Of a stretch of DNA of 64,000 nt, positions 44,221 to 57,836 are shown in pieces. Source of the DNA: Azolla caroliniana (Eukaryota; Plantae; Polypodiophyta). The notes below the pieces were generated by a model, which ran no database searches, was not told the origin of the DNA, and saw only the letters and a list, made by a program, of their open reading frames with translations. The translations under genes and the position numbers were made by a program. The stretch's first letter is position 1; every line of letters starts with the position of its first letter. The stretch spans positions 15,438,001-15,502,000 of the forward strand of contig JBHGNT010000013.1 in NCBI GenBank assembly GCA_043228905.1, read 5' to 3'.

Positions 44221-47009
44221 ACGTGCACAACACGGACACAACACTCGCCTCTTACGTACAGGAAACAAAAGGGAAGAAATGCACCCGACACCGACAGAGA
44301 CACAAACATGTACAACCCTCTATATATATGATTACAAGAGCGGGTTACAACTCCGGCTCCGAGCCGGACTGGGGTAAGCTGGGTCACAACAACTGTCTGC
44401 CGCCAAGCCGCCATCGGGGAGCTCTTGGGCTTGTCGCGCCGAGCGGTGTCTTGCACATGAGGCCGAGCCAAAGTAAACCCCCTAGAACATACAAGCTCTT
44501 CACCGGGCCAAAACCCTTAAAACTCCGGCTCTAAACCGAACTAAGATAAGCTAGGTCACAATAGTTGTCTGCTGCCAAGCCGCCGTCGGGGAGCTCTTGA
44601 GCTTGTCGCGCCGAGCAGGGTCTTGCACAGGAGGCCGAGCCGAAGTAAACCTACAAAGGGGGAAAGATACAACCACCACCGCGACCCGGTTACGCTCAGA
44701 AGAAGAGAAGTCAACCTAACAGCTTGCCGCCATAGCTGCAGCTCGACTTCTCGAGAAGGAGAAGACAAAAGAAGAATGAAGAATGAAGCTAACCCTAGAA
44801 AAGAAAACAAAAAATGGTATAATACCCTTACGAATCAAAATGGGCAACCCCTTCACAAAGGGCGCTCCCTTCGTTTTATAGAACAAGGAGAGGGATGCAT
44901 TACAATGTGGGATAAATCCCGACTTAGATGGGATTCTCTGTCCCCACTTGACTCCTACTATTCACACGTTTTTACAAGGGTGAGTACACATGATGCACTT
45001 CGCCGATTCTGTCGATATTCTCCGATTCCGCCTAGGGACGGTTTTCTCCACGACATCCGCCCCCACCAAACCGCGCATCCACCAGTATGCGCCAAAATAC
45101 ACTCTTGCCGGAGAAGGCCGGCCTGCGCTTACCCTTCGTCCTCCGGATCGCCATTTGCTCCAAACCGGTCGTCCTCACTATCCAAGTCGCCCGGGTCCGG
45201 TTCATCCTCATGCCGCTTGCCTCTCCGTAGCCTCAATCGACCCGTCAATAGGTCGTTCGTCGCGACCCCGTAGCACATGTGCCCCATTGTTGGCCCATCG
45301 TTCGGCCGTATGCACGCTCCGCTCTCCGCGTACCGGTGTCGTCCGCGTCCGAGGAACACCCTGTGGTAGCCCGCTTGGCCACTTTCGTCTCGTGCTGCTG
45401 CCACCGGTTTGGAGCCTTTCGCTCGTCGTTGTCCCCTCGCCGCCTCCAGCTTGTTGTCTCGGGTCTGGTATGCTACGCCAGTGGTTGCCACTCTGACTGA
45501 GCCGCCAAGATCTCCGAAGCGGGTGTGGAGGATCCTCCTTCGGACCTCGATCTTGTTTCCGGTCTCCATCCTGCGTAGTTCTTCTACGCGTGCATGTGTT
45601 TTCGTTCTTGGCACCACCGTGTGCCGTCTTCCGCCTTAGGTGTGCCTTTCCCAACTTGGCACACCGCCCGTACTTGCCCTTACCGGCTCCCTCGGAACCC
45701 TTAACCGGTAGGGGGGTTTGCACTTAGACAGCTTCCGTCTTGCCGACTATTGTCGATGTCGGGTCCCGTTCCTTGCCGCCACCATCCTTCTCTCTTGGTC
45801 TTATGTTGCCATGTTGGCCGAATAGCCGTTGTCTCCGAATCGGTGTGAAGATCCCATAGGACCGGTCTTCGTTTCGTTGCTTGCCGAAATTCGGGTTTCT
45901 TTCATTTAAGTCCCTCCTGGACTCTCCTCATGTCTCCCGCATAGTCGGGTCCCGCTTCCCGCCGCCACCAACCTTCTCTTACGGTCTCATGTTGCCATGC
46001 TAGCCAAACTGCCGAAGTCTCTGGTCTGATGTGGGGATCCCGTAGGACCGGACTTCCTTATGCCCATGACCTTGCCGGTAGGTCCAATTCGGTTCGTAGC
46101 TGCTTCGTCGGCCTCATACCTTCCTGGTCTGCTTTCCGTCGTCTGATCACGTTCTCCTGCCGCCACCGTCCTTTCCTATAGGACTCACGCCGGCTCTCAG
46201 GCCGACCGCCGGATCGGTGTGAGGATCTTCATGGGACCTCGCTTTGCCTGCCTTGCCGCCGCCACCGTTCTTCCCTCTAGGTCTCACGCTGGCTCGTGTT
46301 GCCAGCCACCAGAGTGTCTAGAACCGGTGTGTGTAAGGTCGCTGCAGCACCGCTCGCCGTCTTCGTCATCCTGTCACGTTCACCTGCCGCCATCGATCTC
46401 TCCTATAGGACTCACGCCGGCACTCGGGCCGACAGCCGGATCGGTGTGAGGATCTTCGTGGGACCTCGCTTTCCGTAGCCCCCTTGCCACCACCGTTCGT
46501 CACTCTAGGCCGACCGCCGAAGTCTGTAGAACCGTGTGAAGGATCCTCCTCGGGCTTGTCGTATCTCTGAACCTTATCACGGGTCTTCCTTCTTTCACAA
46601 GTCGAGAGGTGGCTCGCTCCACACCCTCTCCCGTGGTACCGACGTATCGTGTTCCCGGCCTCTTCGTAGGCTTGCTCTCTTCCTTCCTCCCGGAATGGTT
46701 ATCCGGAAGTCCGCTCCACCCGATTCTCGTCCGAGTCCGTCCGTCATTCTCTGGATTGTCGGGTCCCGTTCTCTTATCGCCACTGATCTCTCCTATAGGA
46801 CTCACGCAGGCACTCGGGCCGACAGCCGGATCGGTGTAAGGAACTCCATAGGACCGGTCTTCATTCTCCGCTTCATCCCTTGGACTTCTCCCGGACTCGC
46901 CGTCGCTCTCCTCGTTGTGCTCCCGCCACCATCTTCCATCTCTTTCGGTCTCACGTTACCACGTCGGCCGAACTGCCGAAGTCTCCGGACAAGATGTGGG
47001 GTAACCATT

Positions 47010-50000
47010 TGTTGGGATTACGGTCCCTTCGCATGGAATGGTCGGATATCGGAGATGGATGCCGACAAGCCCGGTTTCGGTTTCGGATCCGGATGACGAA
47101 GACCCCGGTTTCGGTACCGGATGACGAATGTACCCGAAGAGCGATCCGGATGCAGGGACATATCCGTGAATATGTTCGCTATGGGCCCCTGAGGCTACAG
47201 TTGTAAATAGCCCAAAGTCATATAAGTATAAATATGACTTAGGGCAAACAGTTTTGATGTTGCTCATCATTTTTCTGTTTTTTCACTCAAGAGGAGTGAA
47301 GAGAGAGAGCAGCCGTGAGAGAGAGAGAGAGAGAGAGATAGAGCGCGAGAGAGGAAGAGGACGACGCCTCTGTGTATTTCCGCCGCCTGTGGCGAGGACA
47401 GCGAGCTCAAGGTCGTTGCCTTGGAGCTTGTCACTGTATACTTCTCTTTGTATAGTGTTGTTTGGAGTCTTGTACTCCCGTGGTTTTTCCCATCTAGGGT
47501 TTTCCACGTTAAATCCCTGTGTGCTCGTGTTTTGTTTCTTTCTCCGTGTGGTTCCTATTTTCTGCTCCATTGATCCGCGATTACTCGGTTGTGGCCAAGT
47601 GGTGAAGGTTAATCGAAGCATCGATTCCCAACAAACTGGTATCAGAGCGACTGTTGCAGAAAATGGAAGGCGGCGGCAGCGGGCAGCCGATGATGATGGT
47701 GCTGAATGCACAGAATTACGCCGACTGGAAGATCAAGATGGAGGATCTTCTGATTGTTCGGGACCTGTACGAACCGATTGACAGGTCGGAAATACCGAAG
47801 GGGGTACTTGAGTCGGAGTGGAAGCTCCTGAACCGGAAAGCCGTAGCGACGATCCGACAATATGTCGATGTAAGCGTCCTACAACATGTGGCGAACGACA
47901 CCAACGCATATGAGATGTGGAAGAAGCTGTCAGGCCTCTACGAGAGGAAGAATGCGTTGAACCGGACCTCCCTGATGAGGAAGATAGTGAACCTCAAGTA
48001 CCGGGACGGCGAGAGTATGGTGGAACACGTAAGCACGTTCATGGGATTCGTGAACCAGCTTGCGGCGATCAAGTTCCCGCTGGAGGATGCAATGCAAGCC
48101 ATCATCCTGATGTGTACATTGCCGGACAGCTGGGAGAACTTGGTGGTGACTCTCAGCACCTCCTGCACCGAAGATAACTTGTCCTTACAAACGGTAAAGA
48201 CAAGTATTTTGAATGAAGAAGCGCGTCGGAGAGATAAGGAACCGACCTCCGACCCGAAGATGTTGTTTACCGAATCGGATCGGGGAAGACAATGGAACCG
48301 GAGTCCGCAAAGACGGGAGAAGTCGGGGACCCGGTCGCAGTCAAGAGGAAGACCCACATGCTTCCACTGTGGGAAGCCGGGGCACTTCCGAAAGAATTGT
48401 CGGCATTACCGAAAAGACAACGGAGCCGACGACACCGATTCGAAGAAGTCACCAGAGAGAAACGGTGCATACCGGGGAGCCACGGACCGGAGAGGTTCGG
48501 ATCGGCGAGGGCAGGACCGGAAAGGAACAACGGCACTCGCGGCAAGTGAGGAAGAAATCATGCTCATCACCGAAGAAGGAGAGCTAAACATTGCCGGCGA
48601 TGAGACGACCTGGGTGGTCGATTCCGGAGCATCGTTCCACCTGACCCCGGAGAGAAGATACTTCTCATCCTACACAGCCGGTGAGCATGGCTGTGTTCGG
48701 ATGGGAAATGAAGGTACGTGCCGGATTGCCGGCATAGGAGACGTGTGGTTGACTACCCCGACCGGATGCAAAATGCTGTTGAAGGATGTCCGACACGTTC
48801 CGGAGGTTCGATTGAACCTGATTTCGGCCGGGAGGCTAGACGATGAAGGCTACACGGGTAGCATCCGGAACGGTGTCATGAAGTTCAGCAAGGGGAGCCT
48901 GATAGTGGCTCGGGCCCGGAAGGTCAACACACTATACCTGATTAATGCCCGGTTATGTCCGGAAGAGCTGAATGTGGCAGCCGACACTGCCGGTGAGCTG
49001 TGGCACAAGAGACTGTGCCACATGAGCGAGAAGGGGATGAAGAGGCTTGCAGAAGACAACCTCATTCCAGTGAAGCATGTGCACCTGGAGAAGTGCACCG
49101 ATTGCCTGGCCGGTAAGCAGAACCGAACCTCCTTCCACTCAAGGCCACCGACGAGACGTAGCGCACCATTGGAGTTGGTGCACACCGACGTGTGTCAGGT
49201 AGAAACGAAGTCACATGGCGGAGCCCAGTACTTCGTAACATTCATAGATGATCACAGCCGAAGACTGTGGACGGCACCGTTGAAGACAAAGGACCAAGTA
49301 TTGTCCGTCTTCAAAGAACTTCACGGTAAGGGAATCCGGTAAGAAGCTGAAAGGGATACGAGCGGATAACGGAGGGGAATACCGAGGGCAGTTCCAGGAG
49401 TACTGTCGCTCGAAGGGAATCCGACTCGAGTTTACTGTGCCGAAGACGCCGGAACTGAACGGGCTGGCCGAGAGGATGAACCGGACCATAATGGAGAGAG
49501 TCCGGAGTATGCTGGCGCATGCGAAATTACCCAAGGGATTTTGGGCTGAGGCAATGTCGACGGCGACGTACGTGATAAATAGATCACCCTCAGTACCTTT
49601 GGACGGAGACTCGCCGCAGAAAGTGTGGACCGGTAAGGAAGTGTCCTACCGGCATCTGAAGGTGTTCGGGTGTCTCGCATACGTGCATGTGGCAAAGGAC
49701 CGGAGAGGAAAGCTAGATCCGAAGACCCGGCCATGCATATTCCTCGGTTACGGCGATGACGAGTTCGGCTACCGAGTATGGGACCCGGTCGACAAGAAGA
49801 TATTCCGGAGTCGTGATATCATCTTCATGGAGAACAAGACACTCGCCGACTGGGAGTCGGAGAAGAAGATGAAGAGCTTCAAGTCGACCGGTGAGGATCA
49901 ACTCTACGAGGAGCAGTCCCGACCGGCAAGGGACCGGTTAACACTCGAGGATCCGGCCGAAGACGGTGAAGAAACAGAACCGGCCGAAGAAGATGAAAAC

Positions 50001-52362
50001 GATACCGGAACCGGCCCCGATCCCGAAATGGATTCGGATGAAGAAGAATCGGAAGAACCGGTTACCGAAGCTCCGGAACGGAGATATCCTCTAAGAGAGA
50101 GAAGGGCCCCCCGGAGATTTCCGGAACTAGAGCACGTGCTGCTAACCGACGAGGGGGAGCCGGAGAGCTTTGAAGAAGCAAAACATGACACCCAGAGCCG
50201 CAGGTGGTTGAGTGCCATGCAGGACGAGATGGATTCCCTGCATGAGAACCACACATATGAACTTGTGGAGCTGCCGAAAGGAAAACGGGCACTCCGTAAC
50301 AAGTGGGTGTTCAAGCTGAAACCGGGAGATGCCGGAAACCCCCCGAGATACAAAGCCAGGATCGTGGTGAAGGGGTTTCAGCAGAAGAAGGGCGTCGACT
50401 TCGACGAGATATTTGCCCCGGTAGTGAAGATGACCTCCATCCGGACGGTGCTGAGCATAGCGGCAAGCATGGACCTCGAGGTAGAACAGATGGACGTGAA
50501 GACGGCATTCCTTCACGGTGACCTCGATGAAGAGATCTACATGCAGCAACCGGAAGGATTCGAGAAGAAAGGGAAGGAGCACCTGGTATGCCGATTGAAG
50601 AAGAGCCTTTACGGACTGAAGCAGGCTCCCCGGCAATGGTACCGGAAGTTCGACTCCTTCATGACCGACGAAGGGTACCTCAAAACGCAGTCCGACCACT
50701 GCGTGTTTGTGAAGAAGTTCGAAGGAGGAGACTTTCTAATACTCCTCTTGTACGTGGACGACATGTTGATCGTCGGACGGGACCAGGTCAAGATACGGAT
50801 GCTGAAGAAGGCTCTTCACCGAACCTTCTCAATGAAGGACTTGGGTCCGGCGAGACAAATCTTAGGGATGCACATCATCCGGGACCGGAAGAAGAAGCAG
50901 TTGTGGCTGTCACAGGAGAAGTACGTGACGAAGGTGCTTCACCGGTTCAACATGTCGGAAGCAGGACCGGTCGGATCGACCCTCCCGGCAAACTGCAAGC
51001 TGTCCAGCAAGCAAAGTCCCAAGACAAAGGCTGAAAAGGAGGATATGATGAAAGTGCCGTATGCCTCAGCCGTCGGGAGCTTGATGTACGCCATGGTGTG
51101 TACGAGACCGGACATAGGATATGCAGTCGGAGTGGTAAGCCGGTACATGAGCAATCCCGGCAGAGAGCATTGGAACGCGGCCAAGTGGATACTCCGATAC
51201 CTGAAGGGCACGGCAAACGTGTGCCTCCGATTCGGCTCCGGTAAGCCCGAACTCGACGGCTTCACCGATTCGGATATGTCGGCTGATGCAGATACCAGCC
51301 GGTCCACATCAGGGTATGTGATGACGTATGCAGGGGGAGCTGTTTCATGGCAGTCGAGGCTGCAGAAGACGGTTGCGTTGTCAACCACGGAGGCGGAGTA
51401 CATGGCGGCTGTTGAAGCCGGCAAGGAAATAATATGGATGAAGGACTTCATTAGAGAGCTCGGTATCCGACAGGAGGAGTACCGACTCTACTGCGACAGT
51501 CAGAGTGCAATCCACCTTGCGAAGAACGCGGCCTATCACTCTCGGACGAAGCACATCCAGCGAAGATATCACTGGATCCGGGAAAGGATAGAAGACAAGG
51601 AGTTCGTGCTGACAAAGATCCACACGGACGAGAACGGGTCGGATATGCTGACCAAGGTCCTCACACCCGACAAGCTGGAAGCATGCCGGAAGAGGATCGG
51701 ATTGGAGAGACATCCCATGCCGAAGTGAAGGGGGAGTTTGTTGGGATTACGGTCCCTTCGCATGGAATGGTCGGATATCGGAGATGGATGCCGACAAGCC
51801 CGGTTTCGGTTTCGGATCCGGATGACGAAGACCCCGGTTTCGGTACCGGATGACGAATGTACCCGAAGAGCGATCCGGATGCAGGGACATATTCGTGAAT
51901 ATGTTCGCTATGGGCCCCTGAGGCTACAGTTGTAAATAGCCCAAAGTCATATAAGTATAAATATGACTTAGGGCAAACAGTTTTGATGTTGCTCATCATT
52001 TTTCTGTTTTTCCACTCAAGAGGAGTGAAGAGAGAGAGCAGCCGTGAGAGAGAGAGAGAGAGAGAGATAGAGCGCGAGAGAGGAAGAGGACGACGCCTCT
52101 GTGTATTTCCGCCGCCTGTGGCGAGGACAGCGAGCTCAAGGTCGTTGCCTTGGAGCTTGTCACTGTATACTTCTCTTTGTATAGTGTTGTTTGGAGTCTT
52201 GTACTCCCGTGGTTTTTCCCATCTAGGGTTTTCCACGTTAAATCCCTGTGTGCTCGTGTTTTGTTTCTTTCTCCGTGTGGTTCCTATTTTCTGCTCCATT
52301 GATCCGCGATTACTCGGTTGTGGCCGAGTGGTGAAGGTTAATCGAAGCATCGATTCCCAACA
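47010..52362 (+). mobile_element. Young full-length Ty1/Copia G (Tnt1/Tork-like). LTRs 47010-47633 and 51739-52362
   Basis: TSD CCATT. 624 bp LTRs with about 3 differences by eye. iMet PBS at 47637. PPT GAAGGGGGAG. Confidence 0.97.
47663..51728 (+). CDS. Copia gag-PR-INT-RT-RH polyprotein with a single frameshift near 49326
   Basis: CFHCGKPGHFRKNC, VVDSGAS, VHTDVC, ADNGGEY, YVDDMLI, FTDSD. The two ORFs (562 and 763 aa) are joined by one small deletion in the integrase. Confidence 0.93.
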
Positions 52363-55300
52363 CCATTTTCGTAACGTCTTTCGATGACTCGTCCGGGCCA
52401 CCGACCCTTTTAGTGGTGTTGGTGGAAAGCATCCGCTCTGTGATCAATCAAGCCCCGCCTGGGCTTGATTCTCCAATGTCCAGAGTTTCGGCTCAGATGC
52501 CGACCTTGTCGGACCCGTTCCGAACCCTTGATCACCTTCCTTCCAATTCCCGACCTTCGCCCGGTCGGTCTTTCTCCCCATGTAAAAGAGGGCAGCTCGT
52601 TCCGCACCCTCTCCCGTATCGGCATCCTCATGCCGATTCTGGCCCCGATCGAACAATCCACGACCGGATCGCGCTCCAACCGAATCGGAGTGTTGCGCGG
52701 TTTAGTCCCCGGTCGGGTCGTTTCTTGGTCTCTTCGTCAAGCTTCTCGCGGGCCACCTCACATCCTTCTTCGCTGGCATCGTGCCAAGACTCCTCGACAC
52801 CATCATCCATCTTCTCGGTCTCACATAGGCGTAAGGGCCCGAATGCCGAGTTCTCCGCAATCGGTCCCGAGGGCTCTTGTTCGTTGCTTCCCCGTATCGT
52901 CTCGCCGGTAATTCTTGGTCTCACGCCGCCGCCTTCCTCCTCTTGGGACTCACGTGGGCACTCAGGCCCAACTGCCATCGTCTCGGGAGCACGTGTAAGA
53001 AGACGCGAAGAATCACCCGTCCGTTTTACGCTCTTGTTCATAGCCACCGACTCTTCATGGCCGACGGTCGTCTCCTTACCGAACGCGCAAGCCCCGCCTG
53101 GGCTTGCTTCTCCAATGTCCGGAGTTTCGAGCTGACACGCCCGAAACCGCCGGTCCCAACGTTCCGATTCTGCAATCGGTATCTCGGCCTTGTCCTTGGC
53201 CATTCTATCTCCGCAAGTGGAGAGGGCGTTTTGTTCTGCGCCCTCTCCCGTGGTACCGTCGTACCGATCTTCTACCAACTTGTGGGGCAAGTCCGTCTCC
53301 TCGGTGTCGGCTTGCGGCCTTGATCTTTCCTCTTCCTCGAGCATTGCCTCGAGAGCTGCATACGCCTCCGCAATCCTGGCCCCAAAGCCGAGCCTTGCCA
53401 ATTCTCTTTGTCGTTCGGCCTCTTCCCGCTGTGATCTAGCCATTGGCATACCCTTCCGACCTTCGACCAGTCCTCCATAAGGCCATTCGCTCCGTCCTCG
53501 TCTTCGAGCTCAATGTTGATGGCCTCCCGTTCCGCTCGGTCGATCGACTTGACGAACAACAGGACTTTGTCCGCCCCCACCAAACCTTGTTCCTGCTCCG
53601 GGCTCGACTCTCGGAATGCCTTCATTGCGCCCCGGTGGGTCTTCGCCGATTCCACCCACTGGTCGAAGCCTGCAGGAGCGCCTCTTCGAAGGCCTCCCAC
53701 AAACTATGAGCTTCTCGGAGCTCCTTCACTTCCATGTGCATACGGACGACGACGACCCGACAGAAGAACTCCAGCTTCAACGCCTCGTCTACGCCTCTCT
53801 CCTCCATTTCCGCGTTGTAGGCTTCCAAGTAGTATGGGACCTCGTCCCCGTTGAAACGGCCGACTCTTTCGACCACGCATTCAACAGCTTGTTGCGCCGT
53901 CTCTCTTCTTGTTGTTGCTCGTCAAAACTCCCTCACCGCTTCGACAAAAAGTTGCGCGAAGTCGTCTTCTTCCAACTCCATTCTCCCTTGCCGCCCTTCA
54001 CGTCGGGTTCACCAAATATGTCGCGTTGTTACGCGCGTGCGTGTAGAAGGGCAGGTCCACGGTGGTCTCGGACGAGGGTGAAAAGGGATTCCCAGAAAAA
54101 CGACACCGGACACGACTCGGATGCAACCGAACACAAGAGAGAAAGAGAGCACGTGCGCAACACGGACACAACACTCGCCTCTTACGTACAGGAAACAAAA
54201 GGGAAGAAATGCACCCGACACCGACAGAGACACAAATATGTACAACCCTCTATATATATGATTACAAGAGCGGGTTACAACTCCGGCTCCGAGCCGGACT
54301 GGGGTAAGCTGGGTCACAACAGTTGTCTGCCGCCAAGCCGCCGTCGAGGAGCTCTTGGGCTTGGCACGCCGAGCGGTATCTTGCACAAGAGGCCGAGCCG
54401 AAGTAAACCCCCCAGAACATACAAGCTCTTCACCAGGCCAAAACCCTTACAACTCCGGCTCCGAGCCGGACTGAGGTAAGCTAGGTCACAACAGTTCTCT
54501 GCTGCCAAGCCGCCGTCGGGGAGATCTTGAGCTTGTCGCGCCGAGCGGGGTCTTGCACAAGAGGCCGAGCCGAAGTAAACCTACAAAGGGGGAAAGATAC
54601 AACCACCACCGCGACCCGATTACGCTCAGAAGAAGAGAAGTCAACCTAACAGCTTGCCGCCATAGCTGCAGCTCAACTTCTCGAGAAGGAGAAGACAAAA
54701 GAAGAAGGAAGAATGAAGCTAACCCTAGAAAAGAAAACACAAAATGGTATACCCTTACGAATCAAAATGGGCAACCCCTTCACAAAGGGCGCTCCTTTCC
54801 TTTTATAGAACATGGAGAGGGATGCGTTACAATGTGGGATAAATCCCGACTTACATGGGATTCTCTGTACCGACTTGACTCCTACTATTCACACGTTTTT
54901 ACAAGGGTGAGTACACATGATGCACTCCGCCGATTCTGCCGATATTCTCCGATTCCGCCTAGGGACGGTTTTCTCCACGACACCGGAAAGACGTAGATAG
55001 GCGTCATCAATCGCACTTCGTCGGAAGCTCAGAGGGAGCCAGGTCGGGACCCACCCTCGTAATGAAGCATAAGGCAAACAAAGTGGTTGCATCCAACTGG
55101 TTCTCCTTTCTCGAGAAGCTGGAGAAGCCGAGGGTGGTTGAAACCGGAGGCGACACCCCACATCTCATCCAGCATATCAGGGATGTTCCTCCGAGCCATG
55201 TCGGCCAAAAGGGAATCATGAGGAACGTCCTGCATGTTCCAACGATCACCAAGAACTTGGTGTCGGTCAGCCAAATCATGGATCAACGAATGCAGGTCCG

Positions 55301-56122
55301 ATTCACGCACCACAGATGCTTCATCGAGGAGGAAGGCCGGATCATTGTGCAAGGGCACCAAGATGGAAGAATGTTCATCCTCAAAACCAATGATGTGGGC
55401 ATCACTATGTTCGCAAAAGGGAAAAAGGGCGAGTCGGACATCGACCTATGGCATTAGCGGATAGGCCACATCAACTTTCGGAAGCTTCAAGAGATGCACT
55501 CGAAACATGTTTTTTCCAAACTGCCAAAGTTTAGTGGCCAGAAAGGCCAAATATGTGAAGCTTGCCAACTCGGGAAGCAGCATAGGCTTCCATTCCCCAA
55601 CGAAAAGAATCGGAGCGGGAATCGACTCGATCTTATCCATTCGGATGTGTGGGGACTGGCACAAAATGTGAGCATCGAGGGAGTCTATATTTCTTCTCCT
55701 TCATCAACGATTTCAACCGGCACGCCCGAATCTACTTAATCGAGAAGAAGAGCGAAGTTTTCTCGTGCTTCCAGGACTTAAAGAATCATGTAAAACGAGA
55801 AACCGGAAAGAAGATCAAGTGTTTGAGATCGGATGGCAGAAAAGAGTACTTTTCCGACCAGTTCACTAGTTATTTGCAGACCAAGGGAATTCACAGAGAG
55901 TTCTCCTGCAGATACACATTGGAGCAAAATGGCGTGGCCAAATGTTAATAGAAGCGGTAACGGCGACGTTGGAGGAGAAGAGCATGCCCCGGATTTATTG
56001 GGTTGAAACAATTCGGACAACCGTCTACATTCATAATCGAATATCTGCCTCAGGGACAAAGGTGTCACTGCACGAATTGTACTTCGTAGAGTGGAAGCCG
56101 AATTTGGCATACCTATGGGTAT

Positions 56123-56467
56123 TGTCATGGCAAGACTCAAACCCATGACCTTATGTTATATGGGTCGAGCTCTTGACCATTACGCTATCTATTGTGATAT
56201 TATTATTTAAGTTTTACTGTAGAAAATTAATGTATATTCTAGATTTCTCTGGAACATTCTAGAAGCTTCAAGACTACTCCTGAGAACACTATAAAAGGAG
56301 GCACAAGGCATTATTTCGAACCAAATTGGTTCAACACCAGTCTTAAGCCTCATAGCTATTTTGTATTTACTCTTCACATAATATATCATTTGTTATCATC
56401 ACTCACTCACTCTCTTTTTTTCGTAAATAATGGCTTTCATTACGAAAGAAAAAACACCACCATGACT
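56123..56467 (+). mobile_element. Probable short solo LTR
   Basis: TGTCATGG..CCATGAC inverted ends and CTATAAAAGG near 56289. No TSD. Confidence 0.45.
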
Positions 56468-56530
56468 AACTTACAACAAACTATAGAACCCCTTCTATCT
56501 AGGGATCTAACGAAAACTACGACACCAAAC

Positions 56531-57277
56531 TCAATGCCACCCTACACACCAATTCAAATGGCGAATATGATGATATGTGACCTTACAGAGTTCTCTCTCT
56601 TCTTGGTTGAGATTTTGTGACTTCTCTAGCACTGTCAATTGCCACAAAAGAAGTCCTTTTAACTTAACAACATATTTTCTCACCCCAACTTGTGAATAAA
56701 AAATGAAGGCATTCCACATATTCCAATTGAACCATAGCCCCCAATACCTCAAGAACTCAAAAATAATTTGAAAATGAGGCATTGGTTCATTGTTCTCCAT
56801 ATGTGCAAAAACCCAACTGAAGGAAGATAGACTTACTCCTATTAGAGACATCCACACTAAACTGATACACCTCCAAATCATCCTTGCCATCAGGCATGAA
56901 ATAAATCGATGCCTACTATGTTCCAATTCCACCGAACAAAAGAAATACAATCCTTTAGTAATGTTTCTTCTTTTTAATGCATCCCCTAATGGTAAAGCTC
57001 CAACCATAACTCTCCAAATAAATACCTTGGCTCGTAGCATCAATCGAGAACACCAACCTGTCTTGATCACATGAAACCACCAAGTAATGGGCTTATGAAA
57101 ACCCCATATCTTTATAACCCTTTCTTCCAACCACTTATGTTTGTCAATCAACTTGTGATAAGCAAAATTCGTTGAGATCATAGTCAATCTCTTATTTCCA
57201 ACAAACCTCCAATCAAGCTCTTGAGATCGCCCATCTAAATCAGGAATTGGCTCATGCGAAGATAGTATTTGTTGCAA
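56531..57277 (-). pseudogene. LINE (L1-like) ORF2 3' fragment with a zf-RVT-like region
   Basis: KVFIWR..LPLGDALKRR..FC..E..RH.FISC..ARMIW. Confidence 0.7.
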
Positions 57278-57836
57278 CTCACTCTCTCTCTCTCTCTCGC
57301 CCTCACTCTCTCTCTCTCTCTCTCCTTTTCTCTCTTCCTCTCTCGTGAGTCTTACGCAGTTAGTCCTCTTAGTACTAATAGTACTTCCCTTCTCTAGTAT
57401 GTTAAGGATCTATGTATCGATGGAGTAAGCTCCTCGATGTCGTGGCGGGATTCAGACCGGCGTATACCCTCTTGATGGCGAAACGGGCGGAGATGGTTGT
57501 CGGATACCTCCGAGCCTCACACTCACTCAATGATTAGTAAATGATTAAGCACGATATCTCTCTCACTCTCTCAAGCTCTCTCTCGTCGACAATAGATCAA
57601 TAGATATAGACAATAAGAAGCAAGAGTATGTCTATTATTAACCCTCTTTGCTAAGAGGTCTAGCACCAACAAGGAGAGAGATTAGTGTTCTCTAACTCAA
57701 CACTTCACTAATCTCTCTTAAGCTCAAAGGTTACAAGAAAGAGGAGAGGAAGCTCTAGCTCTAATCAATAGGAGATCTTTACAAATGGGAGAACCCCCAC
57801 AAAGTCACTACTATGTGGTTTATATAGCTTTCACGT

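Larger units (their letters stand above)
44061..54982 (-). mobile_element. Non-autonomous Trp-primed LTR element F. LTRs 44061-45055 and 54019-54982
   Basis: TSD CCGG, PBS at 53997-54014, PPT at 45056-45067. Degenerate gag-like ORF from about 53980. Internal GC-rich repeats. Each LTR has a ~180 bp internal duplication. Confidence 0.92.
42692..56122 (+). mobile_element. Decayed Copia E: 5' LTR 42692-43125, gag from about 43240, PR/INT 54987-56122. Interrupted by element F and 3'-truncated
   Basis: TG..CA LTR, PBS TGGTATCAGAGC at 43126, EKLDRSNYASW gag start, degenerate zinc knuckle, GAG-pre-integrase LWH..GH, IHSDVWG, QNGVA. Confidence 0.8.
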
